Source: Amoebidium appalachense
Taxonomy: Eukaryota > Protista > Ichthyosporea
DNA: 64,000 nt
Assembly (NCBI GenBank): GCA_963693365.1
Contig: CAVNZM010000004.1
Span: 8,345,093-8,409,092, forward strand
Reading direction: 5' to 3'
Shown: positions 48,370 through 64,000 of the stretch, piece after piece
How positions within the stretch are numbered: the stretch's first letter is position 1
Layout: the number at the start of each line of letters is the position of its first letter
Notes under the pieces: generated by a model
Database searches by the model: none
What the model saw: the letters and a program-made list of their open reading frames with translations, nothing else
What the model was told of the DNA's origin: nothing
Position numbers and translations under genes: made by a program

Positions 48370-49893
48370 CTACTTACTTTACATAATACGTAGAACCAAA
48401 GCAATATACCATGCTTTTGGGCATACTTTTGCACCGCGAGGGCTAATACCATGGAATAAAGTTTGCAATTGCGACACAAAAAAAAGCACGAAAAGCGAAA
48501 AAAAAAAAGATAAAACAACAATAGTAATCAATGCAAATATCATAATCCTGGCTCTCAGATCGAGTGAACTTGACGTTCTATACCCCGGTGACTGTGACCA
48601 GGGTCTATTTTTAAGTAATGCCCCACATGTAGCGGCCTCTCTTTTGACCCATGAGGCTCAAAGACACCAAAAAACAAAAGCCAATACTCGTGTACCACGT
48701 GCACATGCATGCACTACCAACTTGCCTTTAGTCGTCAATCTGAATTCGAGTCGAAAATAGCTGCGAGTGTTCTACTCGACTCGGAGTTTCCATCATACGC
48801 AGCACTAGCATACTAATGTGTAACATGTTTTACTTATACTAATTGGTGCATCCGAATCCACATTCAGTTGACAACCATGTGCCCCGGGTATTTTCATGCA
48901 GCTGCAGTACATACATACAGTCATGCACTCACCAGGGAACGCTTGACAGGAGCTCCGGGAAGGTTTCATATGAAGGCAACCCGCAAGGCTTCGTCACGTG
49001 CGTTGAAGAGACTGAGTGTGAGAGACTGAGTGCCCGTCGCCTGATTGCCACGTGCCCAGTTAAATTTGGGCCAATGCCTCCAAAACCCAATGTGGAAAGC
49101 ATGTGGAAATGCCACTTGCACTGGTGCTGTGGTACAGTAGACTCCAAAGTTTCCGTAGGAATTTCGCGGTACGGTGCGGGAACCAATCAAAACGATGGTG
49201 AGGGTCTGTCCAATCATCTGGAAGAATAGAGACAAGTGGTGCGTAGGGCTTTTGATACAACTACCGACTCATACCGAGGCTCGCCCGAATTGTGAATAAT
49301 CCCGCAAAGGAATGCTGCCTGAGTGCAATAGAATACAATCTACTGTTATATTGTCAATGTACTACACCAATAATTTGCACAGAACAGCATTATCCCCACC
49401 TATCCTTCACACACTTTACACTACTTCGTAATGTATAAACCAAATGGATCATGAATTAAAATGTGGAAAAGTTTCGAACCCTGGGATTCAATATATTGCA
49501 GCTGCGTCTACGGTCTGCCAGTACTGCTGCGTCTGCTCAGACTAAACTTAGACTCTGCTGCCGCAGTGCTGCGTCCTGTTGACTCACAACTTTACACAAG
49601 GATTCGTAGACTGTGCCTACTAACATTAGATAGTATATAGTATACGACTACAGGGTTATTGTATTAACCTACGGTGCATGTTAGTAAAGTTAGGCTATTG
49701 TTTTTGCAAGCGGACCCCTTCTACAGAAGCAGTATTAGTGATGTTTTTCGTTATCCTGGTCTACTTGAAGTAGCCGAGAGACGCCATTGTTGACTGATTA
49801 TCATAGGTGTCAATTTTTTGCGGGGAATTACGCAGGAAAACACCAGTTGCTGATGGTCCGATGTCTGGAAGCAGATGCTTTGCTAGTGTAAGT

Positions 49894-49928
<35 letters not shown>

Positions 49929-50233
49929 CCCCTGTCTGCGTCCCCTGGGCTTTTCGCCCAGCAACCTGTTCCATTCTTGACGCTTGCGGCAACCCGCTGT
50001 CCGCCTCCCTTTCTGCCTCACCTTCACTCTTATCTCCCTTCCCCCCCCCCCCCCCCCCCCTCGCCCCCCTCACCCCCCCCAAATATCCGCAGACATGCTT
50101 GGCTATTCAGAGCATTCTGCCCCTGCCTCTCTCCACACCGGGGCCACTCCCCCCCCCCCCCCCCCCCCCTTCCCCCCCCCCCCCCCACCCAGTGACTGTC
50201 ACCCACAAATGAGATCCCCCCCCCCCCCCTCCC

Positions 50234-50364
50234 TGAGGATGGGCTCTGCTTATGACGCATACTGTGCGCATGGCTGATGTTGCATACTTGAATGTTTGCC
50301 TTTGCATGTGTCCTGCACCATGCTTCTCATCGTGTATGCGTACTTCGTACCGTGTTCCGCATTC

Positions 50365-50366
<2 letters not shown>
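50234..50366 (-). repeat. 133-bp dispersed repeat bracketed by poly(C); copy 2 (inverted)
   Basis: Reverse complement of 37128-37260. Confidence 0.93.
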
Positions 50367-50395
<29 letters not shown>

Positions 50396-52357
50396 TTCCC
50401 CCGCCCCTCGCTTACTTTTCGTTTTTTTGCTGTCCCACCCTTCTTCTTCCCCTCCGCCAGTTCTTCTCTGTCCCCCCCCCCCCCCCCCCCCCCCCGCCCC
50501 ATTCCCCTCTCCCCCCCAAAACCACCACCATCACCATTCTCGTAGCAAGTAACTTCACACCTCTGTTTGCTAGGCGATGTTCCGATTTCCATTGTTCAAC
50601 AAGCCTCTCCCTCCCCCCCCCCAACTCCCCCCTCCCCCCCCCCCCCTCTCTCCCTCGTCTGCCTCCCTCCCTCCCTCCCTCCCTCCCTCCCTCTCTCCAT
50701 CCCTCCCTGCTTTCCCCCCTCTTCTCCCCCTCCCTCCCTCCCTCCCTCCCCCCTCCCCCCTCCCTCTCTCCCTCCCTCCCTCCCTCCCTCCCTCCCTCCC
50801 CTCTTCTCTCTCTCTCTCTCTCTCTCTTCCCCCCCCCCCTTCTCCCCCCCCCCCCCCCCCCCCTTTCTCCCAATCCCTCCTTCCCTCCCTCCCTCCCTCA
50901 CTCCCTCCCTTCCCCCCCCCCCCCCCCCCTCCCCCCTCCCTCTCCCCCCCCCCTTCTCCCCCCCCCCCCCCCGGTCCCTATCTATCTGTCTGTCTCTCCA
51001 TCTCTCTCTCTCTCCCCCTCTGTCTCCCCCCCCTGTCCCCCTCTCTCCCTCCTTTATTCCCGTCCCCCCCTACTTCCTTCTCTCCGTGCTTCCCTCCCTC
51101 TACCCCCCCCCCCCCCTGTCTCCTCTTCTTCCCCCCCCCCCCCCGGCCTCTCTCTCCCCCCCCCCCTTCCTCCCCCCAATATCCCTTTTGCCCTCCTCTC
51201 TCTCTCTCTCCCCCCCCTCTCTCTCTCTCTCCCCCTCCCCCTCCCCCTCCTCCCTTCCTCCTCCCCTGTCTATCTCTTCTCTCCTCTCGTTCTCTCTTTC
51301 TGTCTTTCCCCCCCCCCCCCCCCTCTCTGTGTGTGTGTTTGTGTGTCACTTTGTCTCCCTCTTGCTCTCCTCCAAACACAAACACTCCCCCTCCCACCCC
51401 TCCCCCCTTACCCCACCCCCATCCCCCCCCCCCCCCCCCCCCCCCTTACCCCCCTACCCCTAGCTCCACTGCTCCATTCATTCACCCCTTGGGCATTTTG
51501 TCTTTAGCACTTTCTCTTTTTGTGTGTGTGTGTGTGCAACATTATGCTCGCATGTCTTGTGTAGTCCCTTTCCCTTCCTTGGACAGTGCATCCCCCCCCC
51601 CCCCCCCCCCCCCCCCTTTCCACCCTCGTCGTTGTTGGCTCTTGACAGTATTATGACTATGTACTGCTGCAAAGATTTTTTCTTTCTTTCTTTCTCTCTC
51701 TCTCTCTCTTTTTGGTTGGTACATCTCCCATTCAACCCTCCCGTTCCCCTTACCCCCTTACCCTCCCCCCCCCCCCCCTCCCCGCTGTTCTCCTTTAGCG
51801 TGCATATCTGAGCCCCCCCTCCCCCCCCCCCCCCCCCCCCCCCCCTCCCCCCTCCCCCTCCCCCTGGCGCCCGCCCACCCGGCAAACACACACCCTTTTT
51901 TGAGGGGAAGGAGAGGGGTGTGTGTGGGGGGGGGGGGGCAATAATTCGACTACTTACCCTGCTTTCATCTTTTGCAGGTAGGCAATGTTTTGGGATGAGG
52001 TTGCTGCACGCACTGTAGCCTCCAAATTTCAGGGCATCTGAGGGGGTTTATAAAACATTTTCTGGACGGGGCATTTTCGGCTTCAGTTATTTAACGTATA
52101 TCTCTTGTATCTGTTTGCCGGCTACATGCACAAGCAAAAATATCAGAACAGAAGGGGGTGAGGGTTTTTGAACATCAAGTTGGGTTCATAATTTTTTAGA
52201 AGGGCAAAGAAAACGTCAACAAGAAGCAAGAGAAGGGGGTTATCTGTACCGCTGAAATCCGAAGGAGATGGTGGGAACAGAGTGAGTAAGAAAAAGAAAC
52301 CCCCAAAACCCTCAATTACGCATAAGAACTCCCACCTGGTGTGGTGAAATTTCAACC

Positions 52358-63116
<10,759 letters not shown>

Positions 63117-63296
63117 GTGCCCCCCTCTCTCTCTTTGTGTGTGTATGTGTGTGTGTGTCCTTCATTCATTTTTTTCCTTTGTCCTTTCCCTTTCTTCCTT
63201 TCTTCCTTTTCTTTCTTTCCCCTTTTCCTATTTCCTTTTTCTCTCTTCTTCGTCTTCTTTTCCTTTCTTTTTTTTTTTTTTTTTTTTTTTTTGTGT

Positions 63297-63332
<36 letters not shown>

Positions 63333-63846
63333 GGGATAGACCCAAAAAAGTGGGTGGGGGAAGGGGAGGGGGGAGGGGGGGGGGATGTGTGTTTTGGCAT
63401 ATATGTGCACTTGTTTGTGCCTGCGTTGAAATTGGGGTCACAGTTGGTTCTTGCATCCCAAGCCCCCACATGGACATAGGGTCGTCACCACTTCGCGTTT
63501 TTAGCAGTGTGTATCATTTTGTTTGCTTAGCTATAATGTGTTTTGCGTACATTAGAGTAAACTTGTGCAATGTTATGTCTGTGTGCTTACGTAAGATACT
63601 GTTTACGTGCTTAGTAAGGATGTGTCTATGAGCTTATATAAGGTTGTGTCTATGTGCTTACATCATGTTGTGTAGAGGTCTACCACGGTGTGTATATGCT
63701 TACGTAATGTTATATCTGGATACTCCTTCAAGGAAATGCTTGCGTCGTGGTATGTGTGTGCCTACGTTCGGATGTATATTGTGCTTATGGATATGCCCAT
63801 GAACTTACGTAAGAACATTTCTGTGTGTTTACGAATTTTCTATGCA

Positions 63847-64000
<154 letters not shown>

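Noticed and set aside
48843-49260. Overlapping complex ORFs on both strands
   Set aside because: No motif, splice pattern or frame stands out, so coding status cannot be supported.
48599-49483. Second hAT-like element (cagggtct... / ...tcgaaccctg)
   Set aside because: The ends match poorly and the flanks show no 8-bp duplication.

Overview
Eukaryotic, intron-rich nuclear DNA packed with poly(C)/poly(G) runs and (CA/GT)n, (CT)n, (TA)n microsatellites; most of the ORF track is low-complexity noise. Splicing by hand gives four host genes: an LRRFIP-like coiled-coil gene (+, 14 exons, 13359-25813), a FAM151/menorin-like gene (+, 2 exons, 28132-31096), an ERT1/RDS2/AcuM-like PAS-domain gene (-, ~42588-32695) and the 5' part of VPS39/Vam6 (+, from 52358, runs off the window). 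The first 12.4 kb is transposon-derived: a decayed non-LTR reverse transcriptase interrupted by an inverted copy of a gag-like element, and a ~5-kb candidate Plavaka/CACTA-type element (CACTTGT...ACAAGTG, possible 2-bp TSD) with a 183-bp satellite array and a spliced transposase C-terminus. A hAT-type MITE lies at 27243-27767. The most unusual signals: poly(C) tracts directly after most 5' splice sites, tandem duplications anchored on splice junctions in three genes, and a 133-bp dispersed element bracketed by G/C homopolymers. The gene mix suggests a unicellular holozoan such as an ichthyosporean (inference only). All family calls rest on recalled motifs; no database searches were run.
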